Of a stretch of 64,000 nucleotides of DNA, positions 1-10,618 are shown one piece after another. Location: positions 3,328,001 to 3,392,000 of the forward strand of contig OZ220732.1 of assembly GCA_965116905.1 (NCBI GenBank), given 5' to 3'. The DNA comes from Longimicrobiales bacterium. Its GTDB lineage: Bacteria; Gemmatimonadota; Gemmatimonadetes; Longimicrobiales; Gaopeijiaceae. The position numbers were made by a program, and so were the translations under genes. Below the pieces are notes generated by a model. The model was not told the DNA's origin, made no database searches, and saw only the letters and a list, made by a program, of their open reading frames with translations. Position 1 is the first letter of the stretch. Each line of letters starts with the position of its first letter.

Positions 1-1018
1 AGGGCCGGTCGGAGCCGCTCTCGGGGAAGACTCGGTTGTCGGCGTCGCGGCCGGTCTTGAAGGAGATGATCCGCGTCATGTTGGTCTCGAAGGCCAGCAC
101 CTGCAGATCGAACATGAGGCGCATGTGCTCGGTGAACGAGTCCGGAACGCCCGCGGGCGCCTCCGGCAGTTCGCGCTCCTCCCCGCTCGTGTTGCGGGAC
201 TCGACGGCGGCGATCCGGCGCTCGATCTCGCGGACGTTGTTCAGGTAGCGGTCCATGCGCAGGCGGTCGGTGGCCCCCAGCTCACGCTTCAGCGCGGCGA
301 TTTCGCCGGCCATCCAGTCGAGGATGCTCTTGCGCGACGCCCGCCGCGCGGCCCGCTCCTCGGGCGTGCCCCCCGCCCCGAAGAGCATGTCGAAGGCGAC
401 GCGCGGATCGCGGATCATGGGCAGCGGCTCGTTCGGCGACGCCCAGCTGATCGTGTCGGTGTAGGCGCAGGAGTAGTTGTACGTGCATCCGCCGGCCTGG
501 TCGAGATTCTCGATGCAGAACTGCATGGACGGCAGCGGCGTGTCCTGGCCGAAGCGCTGCGCGTACATCTGGTCGAGCGAGGTGCCTACCCAGATGTCCG
601 AGCCCTGCGTCTGCTTCGGGTGGGCCTGCGTGAGGAAGACCGCGCTGGAGCGGAAGTGGTCGCCGCCGATCTCGGGCGTGGTGAAGGCCTCCGCCTGGCG
701 GCAGTCCGTGTTGCTGACGATGGTGAGGCGGTCCTGGTAGGGCCGCAGCGAAGTCAGCGCGCTTTCCGGCAGGATCTCGAAGTCCTTGCCCTTGGTGGCG
801 GGCGCGTAGAGGTGCTGGGTCGCACCCCACTCGTTGCAGCCGGCCAGGCCGTGCACCTCCTCGATGCACACGAGACGGGTCGGGCCCGCGTCGGGACGGG
901 TGTGGGCGCGCAGGCGCCCGGCGGGGATCATGGCGTCGAGCAGCGGCAGCGCGGCCGTGGCCCCGAGGCCCCGCAGGAACGTGCGGCGCGGAATGTGGTT
1001 GCCGGTGATGAAGTGCAT
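1..1018 (-). CDS. DUF1552 domain-containing protein (C-terminal part runs off window start)
   Basis: Manual translation MHFITGNHIPRRTFLRGLGATAALPLLDAMIP... gives the Tat-like RRxFL N-terminus typical of DUF1552. AAGGAG RBS upstream. Directly downstream of a DUF1592 gene. Not in the ORF track because it has no stop in the window. Confidence 0.8.
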   Translation of the reverse strand, partial: MHFITGNHIPRRTFLRGLGATAALPLLDAMIPAGRLRAHTRPDAGPTRLVCIEEVHGLAGCNEWGATQHLYAPATKGKDFEILPESALTSLRPYQDRLTIVSNTDCRQAEAFTTPEIGGDHFRSSAVFLTQAHPKQTQGSDIWVGTSLDQMYAQRFGQDTPLPSMQFCIENLDQAGGCTYNYSCAYTDTISWASPNEPLPMIRDPRVAFDMLFGAGGTPEERAARRASRKSILDWMAGEIAALKRELGATDRLRMDRYLNNVREIERRIAAVESRNTSGEERELPEAPAGVPDSFTEHMRLMFDLQVLAFETNMTRIISFKTGRDADNRVFPESGSDRP

Positions 1019-1023
1019 CGTCG

Positions 1024-3537
1024 TCAATTCTCCTTGGCCGTGTCACGGGACGGGTCCGTCCCGTTTGCGGGTTGCTCCTCGGCCGTGGCCAGAGGGGCCC
1101 GTTTCATCCTGAATGCATCGCTCTTCACCACGCCGAGCACGAGCGAAGAGATGCTGTAGTCGTCGTCTGCGGCCCGGCGCACGATCTGCCGGATCGCGGG
1201 CTGGTCGTAGTATTCCACGCGCCGTCCCAGCGCGTACGCCATCAGGTTTTCGCTGAAGGTGCGCACCAGCGGGAGCGGGCGCTTGAGCAGGGCGGCGGAG
1301 AGCTCGGCGGGGGTCTGCACCGGCGTCCCGTCGTAGAAGTCGCCGCGCGTGTCGAGCGGCATCCCGTATTCCAGCGACCGCCACTTGCCCGTCACGTCGA
1401 AGTTGTCGAGGGCGAGGCCGATCGGGTCCATGAAGCGGTGGCACGACGCGCACTGCGGGTTTTCGCGGTGGATCTCCATGCGCTCGCGCGTGGTCAGCAT
1501 GCGGCCGTCGCGCGAGGCCTCCGTCTCCTCCAGATCCGGGATACCGGGCGGAGGGGGCGGCGGGGGCGTTCCCAGCAACACCTCCATCACCCACTTCCCG
1601 CGCAGCACGGGAGAGGTGCGGTTGGCCAGCGACGTGAGGACCAGCACGCTCCCGTGGCCCAGCAGGCCGACGCGCCGGTTGTCGGGGTAGGCGACCTTGC
1701 GGAGATGAGCGCCGGGAACGGGCGGGAAGCCGTAGTGGGTGGCCAGTCGCTCGTTGACGAAGGTGTAGTCGGCGCGGAACAGATCGAGGATGCTCCTGTC
1801 CTCTTCGACCAGGTGGTTGAAGAACGTCTCCGTCTCCAGCCGCATCGCGTCGGCCAGCATTTCGTCGAAGTTCGGGAAGAAGTTGGGGTCCGGATGGACC
1901 TTGTACAGGTCCTGCAGCCTCAGCCACTGGCTGGCGAACCGGGCCCCGAGCGCGCGGGCGCGCGGATGCTCGAGCATGCGCAACGCCTGGCGTTCGAGTT
2001 CGTCGGCATCGTGCAGACCTTCGCCGGCCGCCGCGGCGAGCAGCGTCGCGTCCGGCGGAGCGCCCCACAGGAAGAACGAGAGCCGCGAAGCGAGGTCCAC
2101 GCTCGAGATGGGGTAAATCTCGCCGGGCTCCACCCCTTCCGGCTCGCGCTCGGTGCGGAAGACGAAGCGCGGGCTCGCCAGCAGCGCCTCCAGCGCCATG
2201 CGCACCCCCGTCTCGAAGCCGTCCAGCGCGGCCCCGTTCTCGTAGAAAGCCATGAGCCCGTCGATGTCCGCGGCGGTCGCCGGACGGCGATAGGCGCGGC
2301 TCGCCAGCGTCTCGACGATCCTGCGGGCGCACGGCACCTCTTCCGCAGCCGAGGTCGGACGACAGACGAAGATGCGCTGGCGCGTCGGATTGTCGGAGAT
2401 CCCGGTCACCTCGTACGGGCCGCCGACGATCAACTCGCGCACATGGGGAAGCGTGGTGATCCCTCCCCCACCGGATCCGCCGCCCGCCATCGACCAGTCG
2501 TGGGGCCGGATCAGGTCCTCGTAGGGGCCGTCGAACCCGCGAATGAACGCGGCCGACACCTTGCGCTGGCCCGCGCGCACGAAGATCCGCCCCGTGCTGA
2601 TCGGCGCAGCACCCCGTCCGTCGGCACCCGCCCCGGTGCGCGCGTGATGCAGCAGGGCCACGCTTTCGCCGTCGATCGAGATGTCGATGTCCTCGAAGCG
2701 CGAGTTGGCGCCGGAGGAGAAGCCGAGCTCGAAGACGTACTCGCCGTCGGCGGGGAAGACGTGCTCGACGACGACGCCGCCCCGGGTCCCGTACGGGGTC
2801 CCCTCCACGCGGTCCCAGGGGTGCTGGGACGTGTACTCCGAGACCTTGTAGGAGCGGTCCACCGCCGGAGCCGTCCGGTCGCCGACCGCCCAGCGGCTGA
2901 TCTCGGCGGCTGCGTTCAGGTACGACTCGACGAGGGTCGGCGACATGGCCTGCACGTCGGCGATGTTGTCGAAGTTGGCGCTCATCTGGTCGAGCGGGAG
3001 CCAGTCGCCGGCATCTACCGTGAGGCCGAGCAGGTCGTGGACCGCGCGCTCGTACTCGGCGCGGTTGAGCCGCTGGAAGGTGCGTTCCCCGGGGTCGGGA
3101 CGCTCGGCCGCCGCGCCGTCGAGGACCTCTTCGAGCCGCTCCACCAGAGCGGCAAGCGTGTCGCCCGCGGGTCTGTGCGTGCCCGGCGGCGGCATCATCC
3201 CCGCGCGCAGCTTCCGCACCATGCGCTCGCCGATGTCGGCCTGGCGATCCGCTTCTTCGACCACGAACCCCTCCAGCGACAGGTTGCCGGTCAGGCGACG
3301 CTGGTTGTGGCAGCGGGCACAGACGCGCTGGACCACTTCGGTGTGATCCGGCTCGCCGACTTCGCTTTGCGGCTCCGCGAGGGCCGGCTCCGAGAGCGCC
3401 GGCTCCGGTGCGCCCGGGACGAGCGGACCGGCCGGCCATGCGCCGGGGCCGGAACCCTCGCTCCTGGCGGCACCGTCCGGTCCGACCGCGACAAGGAGGG
3501 CGCCCAGCACCAGGAAGGGGACTCCGAGTGATTTCAT
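1024..3537 (-). CDS. DUF1592/DUF1588/DUF1587/DUF1595/DUF1585 (planctomycete cytochrome c-like) protein
   Basis: Signal peptide, CARCH and CASCH heme-type motifs, and RLNRAEY, LASRLSFFLW, RTSPVLRGKWV, MDPIGLALDNFD motifs. Confidence 0.88.
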   Translation of the reverse strand: MKSLGVPFLVLGALLVAVGPDGAARSEGSGPGAWPAGPLVPGAPEPALSEPALAEPQSEVGEPDHTEVVQRVCARCHNQRRLTGNLSLEGFVVEEADRQADIGERMVRKLRAGMMPPPGTHRPAGDTLAALVERLEEVLDGAAAERPDPGERTFQRLNRAEYERAVHDLLGLTVDAGDWLPLDQMSANFDNIADVQAMSPTLVESYLNAAAEISRWAVGDRTAPAVDRSYKVSEYTSQHPWDRVEGTPYGTRGGVVVEHVFPADGEYVFELGFSSGANSRFEDIDISIDGESVALLHHARTGAGADGRGAAPISTGRIFVRAGQRKVSAAFIRGFDGPYEDLIRPHDWSMAGGGSGGGGITTLPHVRELIVGGPYEVTGISDNPTRQRIFVCRPTSAAEEVPCARRIVETLASRAYRRPATAADIDGLMAFYENGAALDGFETGVRMALEALLASPRFVFRTEREPEGVEPGEIYPISSVDLASRLSFFLWGAPPDATLLAAAAGEGLHDADELERQALRMLEHPRARALGARFASQWLRLQDLYKVHPDPNFFPNFDEMLADAMRLETETFFNHLVEEDRSILDLFRADYTFVNERLATHYGFPPVPGAHLRKVAYPDNRRVGLLGHGSVLVLTSLANRTSPVLRGKWVMEVLLGTPPPPPPPGIPDLEETEASRDGRMLTTRERMEIHRENPQCASCHRFMDPIGLALDNFDVTGKWRSLEYGMPLDTRGDFYDGTPVQTPAELSAALLKRPLPLVRTFSENLMAYALGRRVEYYDQPAIRQIVRRAADDDYSISSLVLGVVKSDAFRMKRAPLATAEEQPANGTDPSRDTAKEN

Positions 3538-3758
3538 CGTTGGGGCTCCACAGCTCCTTCCAGACGCTCCCCGCGCGCGAATGCTACAGCGTCCGCACGG
3601 GCGCACCACCTTCACACTAGCGAAGGCGCGCGGACCTCGGCAAGGCATGGACGCCGAGACGTGTACCCTCCTGTGTACAGAGGATTCGCAGTGCCGCGTG
3701 AGCGTTGACGAGGATGGCGGCGCGGACTAGTCTGGCCGTCCTTGCAGGCAAACCGGAC

Positions 3759-6700
3759 ATGCAGGCAGACTTGAACGAACGGACACGCAGAGCGGCCGCG
3801 ATCGCCCGGGAGCACTTCGGAATCGAAGGCGAGGCGCGCGCGCTTCCCGGCGAATTCGACCTGAACTTCCGCCTGTCGGCCTCCGGCACCGACCGGGCCG
3901 TGCCCCCTGGTGCCTCCCGGAACGAGGCCGCTCCCGCGCCTTGTCACGAATTCGTCCTCAAGCTGAGCCCCACGTCCCGGCATACGGTCTTCGACCTGGT
4001 GACGAAGTCCTTGCAGCATATCGACGGCGCGCCGTTGCGTGCCGTGATCCCCCGGGTCGTGCTGCCCGCGGCACCGGTACGGCAGAGCCCGGTCGTGACG
4101 ATTGGCGACTTCGAGGGGACGCCGCACCTCGCCTGCGCGCTGACCTACGTGGCCGGCCGGCCGTTCGCGGATGTGCGGCCGCGCTCGCTGGAGACGCTGG
4201 AGGAACTCGGCGCCTTCCTGGCCGAACTGGATCTGGCACTGTCCGGATTCGACCACCCGGAGCTCTCCCGCGACTTCGAATGGAGGATGGAATCGGCCGC
4301 CCCGACGATCGGGGCGTACCTGCCCCTCCTGGGGGACCGGCGCGACCGGGTGGAGGGCACCCTGGACCGCGCGACGAGGGTGCTGGACCCGCTGCTCGAC
4401 GCGCTCCCGCGCTGCGTGATCCACAACGACGCCAACGACTACAACGTCATGGTGTCGCCCTCGCTGGACGGGACGCGTCTGTCGGGACTGATCGACTTCG
4501 GCGACGTGGCGCACGGATGGCGGGCGGCCGAGGTGGCCGTCGCCGCAGCCTACGCGATGATGGAGCTGCACGATCCGGTGGCCGCGGCGTGTGCGGTCGC
4601 GCGCGGCTACTCCGGCGTCACTCCGCTCGAGGCATCGGAGTGCCGCGCGATCATCCCGATGGTGGCGCTTCGCCTGTGTCTCTCGGTGAGTGTCCAGGCC
4701 AGGCAGATGCGGGAACAGCCCGGCAACGAATACCTGGCCGTCAGCCAGAAGCCGGCCTGGAGGCTTCTCGCACAGCTCGCGGAGGCCGACTGGCGGGTGG
4801 CCGAGTGCAGGATACGGGACGCGTGCGGGCTGGTCCCGAACCCGCGCCTCGACCCCGTGCTGGCCCACATGGACGGTGCGCGCCCCCGCGCGCCGGTCAT
4901 GGCTCCCGAAGTGCTGGAGCGCCCCCGTTTGATCGACCTGTCGGTCGAGAGCCTGGACCTCCCCCACCTGGACGCGCTCGCCACCGCGGGCGTCCTGGAC
5001 GCCTGGGTCGAGAACACAATCGCGGCGGACGGCGGCACCGTGGGCGTGGGCCGCTACGGAGAAGCGAGAATCCTCTACGACGACCCGGCCTTCGCGGTCC
5101 GGGGAGATCACGGTCCGGAGTCGCGCACGATCCACCTCGGCCTCGACCTCTTCGCCCCGCCGGGCACCCCCGTGCGGGCGCCCCTCGCCGGAACCGTGGC
5201 GTCCGTCGCCGACAACGCCCGGCCCCGGGACTACGGCCCCACCGTGATCCTGCGGCACGAAACCGGCGAGGGGCTCGGCTTCCATACCCTGTACGGCCAC
5301 CTCGACCGGGCCACCCTGGAACACCTCACGCCTGGCGCGACGATCGCGGCGGGCGACGTGCTCGGCTGGCTGGGCGACGCATCCGTCAACGGTGGCTGGC
5401 CACCGCATCTGCACTTCCAGGTCATCGCCCTGGACCCCCTCTACGACGATGGCGCGTCGGCGCCCTCGCCCGGTGAGTTCCCGGGCGTCGCGCTGCAACG
5501 CCACCGCGCGGTCTGGGAGTGCATCCTGCCGGACCCCACGCGGCTCGCGGGCCTGCCCTCCACGGCCGCACCACCCCCCGTACCCGACCCCGTCTTCCGC
5601 TTTGCCGATCTAACCGCGAAGCGCAAGACGAAACTCGGTTCGTCCCTCAGTCTGTCTTACGCCCGGCCCGTCCACATCGTGCGCGGCTACGGCGCGTGGC
5701 TCTACGACGACACCGGCAGGCGCTACCTGGACACGGTCAACAACGTGCCCCACGTAGGCCACGGCAACCGCCGGGTCGCGGAAGCGATCGCCCGGCACTC
5801 CAGGGTGCTCAACACCAACACCCGCTACCTGCACACCCAGATCGTCGCGCTCGCGGAAGAACTGCTGGCGCACTTCCCGCCGCCGCTCGAGGTGGTCTTC
5901 CTCGTCTGCTCGGGGAGCGAGGCCAACGAACTTGCGCTCAGGATGGCGCGGTGCCACACCGGCAACGACGGCGTGGTCTGCCTGGAGGGCGGCTACCACG
6001 GCAACACCGGCGCCCTGGTCGAGATCAGCCACTACAAGTTCGCCGGCCCGGGCGGCGCCGGACGCGGAGACCGGGTGGCCGTCGCCTCCATGCCCGATAC
6101 CTACCGCGGGCGGTACCGGAGCCCCGGCAGCCCGGACGCCGCGGCTCTCTACGCCGACGATGTCGCCGAGGCCGCTTCCCGCCTGGCGCGAAGTCCGGGC
6201 GGCCCCGGCGTCGCGGCGTTTGTCGCCGAGCCGATTCTGAGCTGCGGCGGCCAGATCGAGCCCCCTCCAGGCTACCTCGCGGCGGCCTTCGATCACGTGC
6301 GGCGCGCGGGCGGGGTCTGCGTCGCGGACGAGGTGCAGGTCGGCTTCGGCCGCGTGGGAGACGCGTTCTGGGGCTTCGAGCTGCAGGGCGTGGTGCCCGA
6401 CATCGTGACGCTGGGCAAGCCCATGGGCAACGGCCATCCCGTGGCCGCCGTGGTTACCACGCGCGAGATCGCCGATTCATTCGCCAACGGCATGGAGTAT
6501 TTCAGCACCTTCGGCGGCAACCCGGTTTCGTGCGCGGCGGCGCGGGCCGTCCTCGCCGAGATCCGGTCACGGGGGCTCCAGGACCGCGCGCGCCAGGTCG
6601 GCGGCTCCCTGCTCGACGGCCTTGGGGAGCTGGCCCGGCGCTACCCGATCGTGGGCGACGTGCGCGGCCGCGGCCTCTTTCTGGGCATGGAGTTCGTCCG

Positions 6701-6905
6701 CGACCCGGCAACGCGCGAGCCCTACCCGGAGGCCTGCACCTACATCGCGAACCGTGCGCGCGACCTCGGGGTTTTCCTCAGCGTGGACGGTCCGGACCAC
6801 AACGTGCTCAAGTTCAAGCCCCCGCTCGTCTTCGGCGAGACGGAAGCCGCGCTTCTGATCGCGACGTTGGAGACCGTGCTGGCCGAGACGGCGCTCACGG
6901 TCTGA
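3759..6905 (+). CDS. Fusion of APH/hydroxylysine-kinase-like phosphotransferase, M23 peptidase domain and class III PLP aminotransferase/phospho-lyase
   Basis: Kinase motifs IHNDANDYN and IDFGD. M23 motifs HLGLD, LYGHL and PHLHFQ. Class III motifs [15 protein letters not shown] and LGKPMGNG. Confidence 0.88.
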   Translation: MQADLNERTRRAAAIAREHFGIEGEARALPGEFDLNFRLSASGTDRAVPPGASRNEAAPAPCHEFVLKLSPTSRHTVFDLVTKSLQHIDGAPLRAVIPRVVLPAAPVRQSPVVTIGDFEGTPHLACALTYVAGRPFADVRPRSLETLEELGAFLAELDLALSGFDHPELSRDFEWRMESAAPTIGAYLPLLGDRRDRVEGTLDRATRVLDPLLDALPRCVIHNDANDYNVMVSPSLDGTRLSGLIDFGDVAHGWRAAEVAVAAAYAMMELHDPVAAACAVARGYSGVTPLEASECRAIIPMVALRLCLSVSVQARQMREQPGNEYLAVSQKPAWRLLAQLAEADWRVAECRIRDACGLVPNPRLDPVLAHMDGARPRAPVMAPEVLERPRLIDLSVESLDLPHLDALATAGVLDAWVENTIAADGGTVGVGRYGEARILYDDPAFAVRGDHGPESRTIHLGLDLFAPPGTPVRAPLAGTVASVADNARPRDYGPTVILRHETGEGLGFHTLYGHLDRATLEHLTPGATIAAGDVLGWLGDASVNGGWPPHLHFQVIALDPLYDDGASAPSPGEFPGVALQRHRAVWECILPDPTRLAGLPSTAAPPPVPDPVFRFADLTAKRKTKLGSSLSLSYARPVHIVRGYGAWLYDDTGRRYLDTVNNVPHVGHGNRRVAEAIARHSRVLNTNTRYLHTQIVALAEELLAHFPPPLEVVFLVCSGSEANELALRMARCHTGNDGVVCLEGGYHGNTGALVEISHYKFAGPGGAGRGDRVAVASMPDTYRGRYRSPGSPDAAALYADDVAEAASRLARSPGGPGVAAFVAEPILSCGGQIEPPPGYLAAAFDHVRRAGGVCVADEVQVGFGRVGDAFWGFELQGVVPDIVTLGKPMGNGHPVAAVVTTREIADSFANGMEYFSTFGGNPVSCAAARAVLAEIRSRGLQDRARQVGGSLLDGLGELARRYPIVGDVRGRGLFLGMEFVRDPATREPYPEACTYIANRARDLGVFLSVDGPDHNVLKFKPPLVFGETEAALLIATLETVLAETALTV

Positions 6906-6920
6906 CCCGGCCCAGCCGAC

Positions 6921-7553
6921 TCAGGGTTGAAGGCGGCTGCGGTGCCACACCCCTTGGTCGCCGCGACTGTAGGCAAAGCGGTCGTGCAGCCGCGCCCGGC
7001 CCTCCTGCCAGAACTCGATCCGGTCGGGAACGATCCGGAGACCGGACCAGTGCGGGGGTCTCGGGATGTCCCGGCCGGCGTAGCGGTCCTCCAGCTCCGC
7101 GACGCGGGCTTCCAGCGCGGCGCGGCTCTCCAGTTCACGGCTCTGGTCCGAGGCCCACGCACCGATTCGGCTGCCGCGCGGACGGCTGCCGAAGTATGCG
7201 TCCGCTTCTTGCGGCGACACGGGCACGACGGGACCCCGCACCCGCACCTGGCGCCCGAGCGGCTGCCAGTAGAAGGTCATGCCCGCGCGGGGATGGGCGG
7301 CCAGCGACCGTCCCTTGTCGGATTGGAGATTGGTGTAGAAAACGAATCCGCGCTCATCGAAGCCCTTGAGCAGCACCATGCGCCCCTCCGGAGTGTCGTC
7401 GGGACCCAGGGTGGAGAGACAGGCCGCCTCGGCAAACACGATTGCGGGATCGGCCTCGGCCTCGGCGAACCAGCGCCCGAACTGCTCGATCGGATCAGCC
7501 GCCAGGTCGCCGTGCGCCAGTGAGCCGCCGTACGGGCCGGAGCCGTTCGCCAT
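6921..7553 (-). CDS. pdxH: Pyridoxamine 5'-phosphate oxidase
   Basis: RMVLLK, FYTN, RQVRVRG, SRIGAWASDQS, EFWQ and RLHDRF motifs. Confidence 0.95.
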   Translation of the reverse strand: MANGSGPYGGSLAHGDLAADPIEQFGRWFAEAEADPAIVFAEAACLSTLGPDDTPEGRMVLLKGFDERGFVFYTNLQSDKGRSLAAHPRAGMTFYWQPLGRQVRVRGPVVPVSPQEADAYFGSRPRGSRIGAWASDQSRELESRAALEARVAELEDRYAGRDIPRPPHWSGLRIVPDRIEFWQEGRARLHDRFAYSRGDQGVWHRSRLQP

Positions 7554-7556
7554 GGC

Positions 7557-8945
7557 CTACCGGTAGCCCGGCGCCCCGCGTCCGAGCTGAAAGGCGAGCG
7601 ATTCGCCGAGTCCCTCGAAGTCGAAGCGATAGCCGCTCCGCGTGGCGGCCTGCGGAATCACGCGGGCACCCTCCAGCAGCAGGGTCCTGCCCATCTCGCC
7701 GAACATGCCGCGTACCGCCAGCGACGGCACCGGAAGCAGCGTGGGGCGGCGGAGCGTGCGGCCGAGAATGGTGGTGAACGTGGCGTTGGGGACGGGGTGG
7801 GGCGCAACGCCGTTGACCGGCCCGCGCAACGTGGACGTAATGATGGCGTGGAAGACCAGCCCGACGAGGTCGTCGTGGTCGATCCAGCTGACGTATTGCC
7901 GTCCGCTGCCCAGACGCCCGCCGATCCCGACCTTGAAGGGCAGCAGCATGGTGCCGAGAGCGCCACCCGCGGGGCTCAGCACGAGCCCGGTCCGGAGCAG
8001 CACCACACGGATCCCGGACCGTTCCGCGAGGCGCGCCTCCTTCTCCCACTCCCTGCACAGATCCACCAGGAACCCCTTGCCGGGCTTGCTGGCCTCGACG
8101 AGCCGCTCGCTGCCCCGGTTTCCATAGATACCGATCGCGGAAGACGACACCAGGACGCCCGGCGGCTTGCGCAGGCTGTTGAGCGCGCCGGCAAGCACGC
8201 GCGTGCCGACTACGCGGCTCTGCCAGATCGCCTTCTTCTTCGCGGGAGTCCATCGGCCCTTCGACAGGTTCTCGCCCGCAAGATGCACCACCGCATCGAC
8301 GCCCTCGAGGCGGCTTCCCTCGATCCGTCCCTCCATCGGGTCCCAGTAGATCTCCCCCCGGTCGCGGCGCGGCTTGCGACGAACGATGGGCAGGACTTCG
8401 TGGCCCCCCGTGGTGAGGAAGTTGCACAGCGCGCTGCCCACGAACCCGCCCGCCCCCGTCACGGCCACCCTCAGCGAAGGCCCTTCATGGGCGGCGTGCC
8501 GCCTGAGGTCCTGGACGAGACGCTGATTGCGAAAGCGCAGGAGACGCTTCAACTCGCCCTCGATGGTGGCGCCCGCCAGAGCCGCCGTGGCCGGACCGAG
8601 CGGAGAATCGTAGTTGATGCGGTCGCGAAGCACCGTCGCGCCACTCCCAGCCGGCTCGAACTCGTGGCGATGCACCCAGGACCCCATCGGGCCCGACTCC
8701 TGCTCGTCCTGGAAGAGCCTGCCCTCTTCGTACGCAGTGTGCCTGGCCTTGAAGTCCACCTTGACCGGGCCCCGCCGAACTCTCACGTGCACGAGGCCGC
8801 CGTTGTGGATTCCGCCTTCGCGGGCCACCACGCGCGCGTCCTCCCACGGCGGCATCAGGCGCTCGAGCGCGCCGGGCCGCATGTGCCAGTCCCAAACGTC
8901 TTCGACCGGAAACGGCAACTCCACTTCGTGCACTAGCTTCGGCAT
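7557..8945 (-). CDS. SRPBCC domain fused to TIGR01777-family (YfcH-like) NAD-dependent epimerase
   Basis: N-terminal SRPBCC (RLMPPW, WVHRHEF), then VTGAGGFVG, HLAGE, RTGLVL and WIDHDD. Confidence 0.88.
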   Translation of the reverse strand: MPKLVHEVELPFPVEDVWDWHMRPGALERLMPPWEDARVVAREGGIHNGGLVHVRVRRGPVKVDFKARHTAYEEGRLFQDEQESGPMGSWVHRHEFEPAGSGATVLRDRINYDSPLGPATAALAGATIEGELKRLLRFRNQRLVQDLRRHAAHEGPSLRVAVTGAGGFVGSALCNFLTTGGHEVLPIVRRKPRRDRGEIYWDPMEGRIEGSRLEGVDAVVHLAGENLSKGRWTPAKKKAIWQSRVVGTRVLAGALNSLRKPPGVLVSSSAIGIYGNRGSERLVEASKPGKGFLVDLCREWEKEARLAERSGIRVVLLRTGLVLSPAGGALGTMLLPFKVGIGGRLGSGRQYVSWIDHDDLVGLVFHAIITSTLRGPVNGVAPHPVPNATFTTILGRTLRRPTLLPVPSLAVRGMFGEMGRTLLLEGARVIPQAATRSGYRFDFEGLGESLAFQLGRGAPGYR

Positions 8946-8954
8946 GCGGTATCC

Positions 8955-9677
8955 TCAGCCTCCGTCCGGCCGCGGGTTGACGTCCTGTATGGCCTGGATG
9001 TCCTGTGTGGCATTGATGTCCTGTATGGCCGCGCGGATCGCGTCGACGCCCGCGCCGGGGCCTCCGGGGTGCCTGAAAACCGCCGAGCCGGCCACCAGCA
9101 CCGTCGCCCCGGCTTCGACGAGTGCGGGCGCCGTCGTGGCGCTCACCCCGCCGTCCACCTGGATATCCACCTCGCCGGGGCGCCGCTCCTCGATCATGCG
9201 CCGCGCCCGGGCGACCTTGTCGAGCGACTGCGGGATGAAGGCCTGTCCCCCGAACCCGGGGTTGACCGTCATGATGACGAGCAGGTCGAGGTCGTCGAGC
9301 ACTTCCTCGACCGCGGCGAGCGGCGTAGCCGGGTTCAGCGCGACCCCGGCCTTGACACCCAGGCTCCGGATCAGCCCGAGCGTGCGATGCAGGTGGACCG
9401 CGGCCTCGGCGTGCACAGTGATCACGTCGGCGCCCGCGTCGGCGAAGTCGGCGACGTACCGGTCCGGGTCCTGGATCATGAGGTGCACGTCCAGGGTGCG
9501 CGCGGTCACCCCGCGGACGGCGTCGGCGATGAGGGGCCCGATCGTGATGTTCGGCACGAAATGCCCATCCATCACGTCGACGTGAATCCACTCCGCACCG
9601 GCTTCGTCGACCGCGCGGACCTCGCTCCCCAGTTCGGCGAAGCGGCAGGCCAGAATGGATGGCGCGATCCGTATCAC
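8955..9677 (-). CDS. rpe: Ribulose-phosphate 3-epimerase
   Basis: [34 protein letters not shown] and VDGG. GTG start overlaps the rpiA stop (GTGA). Confidence 0.95.
   Translation of the reverse strand: MIRIAPSILACRFAELGSEVRAVDEAGAEWIHVDVMDGHFVPNITIGPLIADAVRGVTARTLDVHLMIQDPDRYVADFADAGADVITVHAEAAVHLHRTLGLIRSLGVKAGVALNPATPLAAVEEVLDDLDLLVIMTVNPGFGGQAFIPQSLDKVARARRMIEERRPGEVDIQVDGGVSATTAPALVEAGATVLVAGSAVFRHPGGPGAGVDAIRAAIQDINATQDIQAIQDVNPRPDGG
8977..9030. repeat. 3 x 18-bp degenerate tandem repeat in rpe C-terminus
   Basis: ttgacgtcctgtatggcc / tggatgtcctgtgtggca / ttgatgtcctgtatggcc, encoding [18 protein letters not shown]. Confidence 0.9.
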
Positions 9678-10399
9678 CGCGACTCGTCTCCGGTCAGGCG
9701 GTAGGCGCCCACCTTCCCCGCCACGACAACCTCGTCGGCCATCCCCAGAAACAGTCCCGACTCGACCACCCCCGCCCGCCGCCCGAGGCGATCGTCCAGC
9801 GCACTCGGGTCGGGGATGCCATCCGCGAAGTGGCAATCGATCACCAGGTTGCCGTTGTCGGTCACGTACCTGCTTCCGTCCTCGCTCCGGCGGACGACGG
9901 GTTCGGCTCCCATGCCCTCCAACCACGGCAAATGGCTCGCGAACTCGAACGGGACAACCTCGACCGGCACGGGGGCGCGTTCCCCGAGCCGTTGGACCAG
10001 CTTCGTGTCGTCCACGATCGCCAGCATTCGTCGGGACGCCTGCGCCACCATCTTCTCCCTGAGCAGCGCTCCCCCCAGCCCCTTCACCAGGTTCAGCCGC
10101 GGATCCACTTCGTCGGCACCGTCGACCGTGAGGTCGAGTGCCCCAAGCTCGCCGAGCGTGCCCAGCGGGATCCCCAGCTCGAGCGCCGCCTTCTCGGTGC
10201 GCACGGAGGTCGGGACCCCGATCACCTCGGAAAGCTCACCGCGCGCGATCCGGTTGCCCAGATGGATGAGGAAGTGTGCGACGGTCGAGCCGGTGCCAAG
10301 CCCCACCCGCATGCCCGACTCGACGCTGCCGGCCGCGTCACGCCCCGCCAGGCCCTTGAGCTCGTGTATGGTGGGCGGGTCGACGGTTGATGGAGTCAA
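9674..10399 (-). CDS. rpiA: Ribose-5-phosphate isomerase A
   Basis: [23 protein letters not shown] and TDNGN. TTG start chosen from a GGTGAGG RBS. Confidence 0.93.
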   Translation of the reverse strand: MTPSTVDPPTIHELKGLAGRDAAGSVESGMRVGLGTGSTVAHFLIHLGNRIARGELSEVIGVPTSVRTEKAALELGIPLGTLGELGALDLTVDGADEVDPRLNLVKGLGGALLREKMVAQASRRMLAIVDDTKLVQRLGERAPVPVEVVPFEFASHLPWLEGMGAEPVVRRSEDGSRYVTDNGNLVIDCHFADGIPDPSALDDRLGRRAGVVESGLFLGMADEVVVAGKVGAYRLTGDESR

Positions 10400-10455
10400 G
10401 GCCTCACCGGGTGACGGGTTGCGGGGGTTGGCGAGACCCAAATCTATGCCATGCC

Positions 10456-10554
10456 GCCGGGCGGTTCCAGTTGGGCCGGCCGACCACTTCCGGCTGGGCG
10501 GGCCGGGCGGTTCCGGTCGGGCGGGCCGGGCGGTGCCGATCGGGCCGGGCCGGG
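10456..10554. repeat. ~4 x 23-bp degenerate tandem repeat in the rpiA-aroF divergent intergenic region
   Basis: gccgggcggt(t/g)cc at 10456, 10502 and 10525, with a degenerate copy at 10479 (23-bp period). Confidence 0.7.
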
Positions 10555-10556
10555 AG

Positions 10557-10565
10557 TGCTATACT
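10557..10565 (+). promoter_or_regulatory. Candidate extended -10 promoter (TGcTATACT) for aroF
   Basis: TGn-TATACT in an AT-rich patch ~55 nt upstream of the aroF start. Confidence 0.55.
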
Positions 10566-10618
10566 TCATTTGTTTCCCCCAGCACGCCACTTGAATCGCA
10601 ACCCCGGGAACCTTCAAC

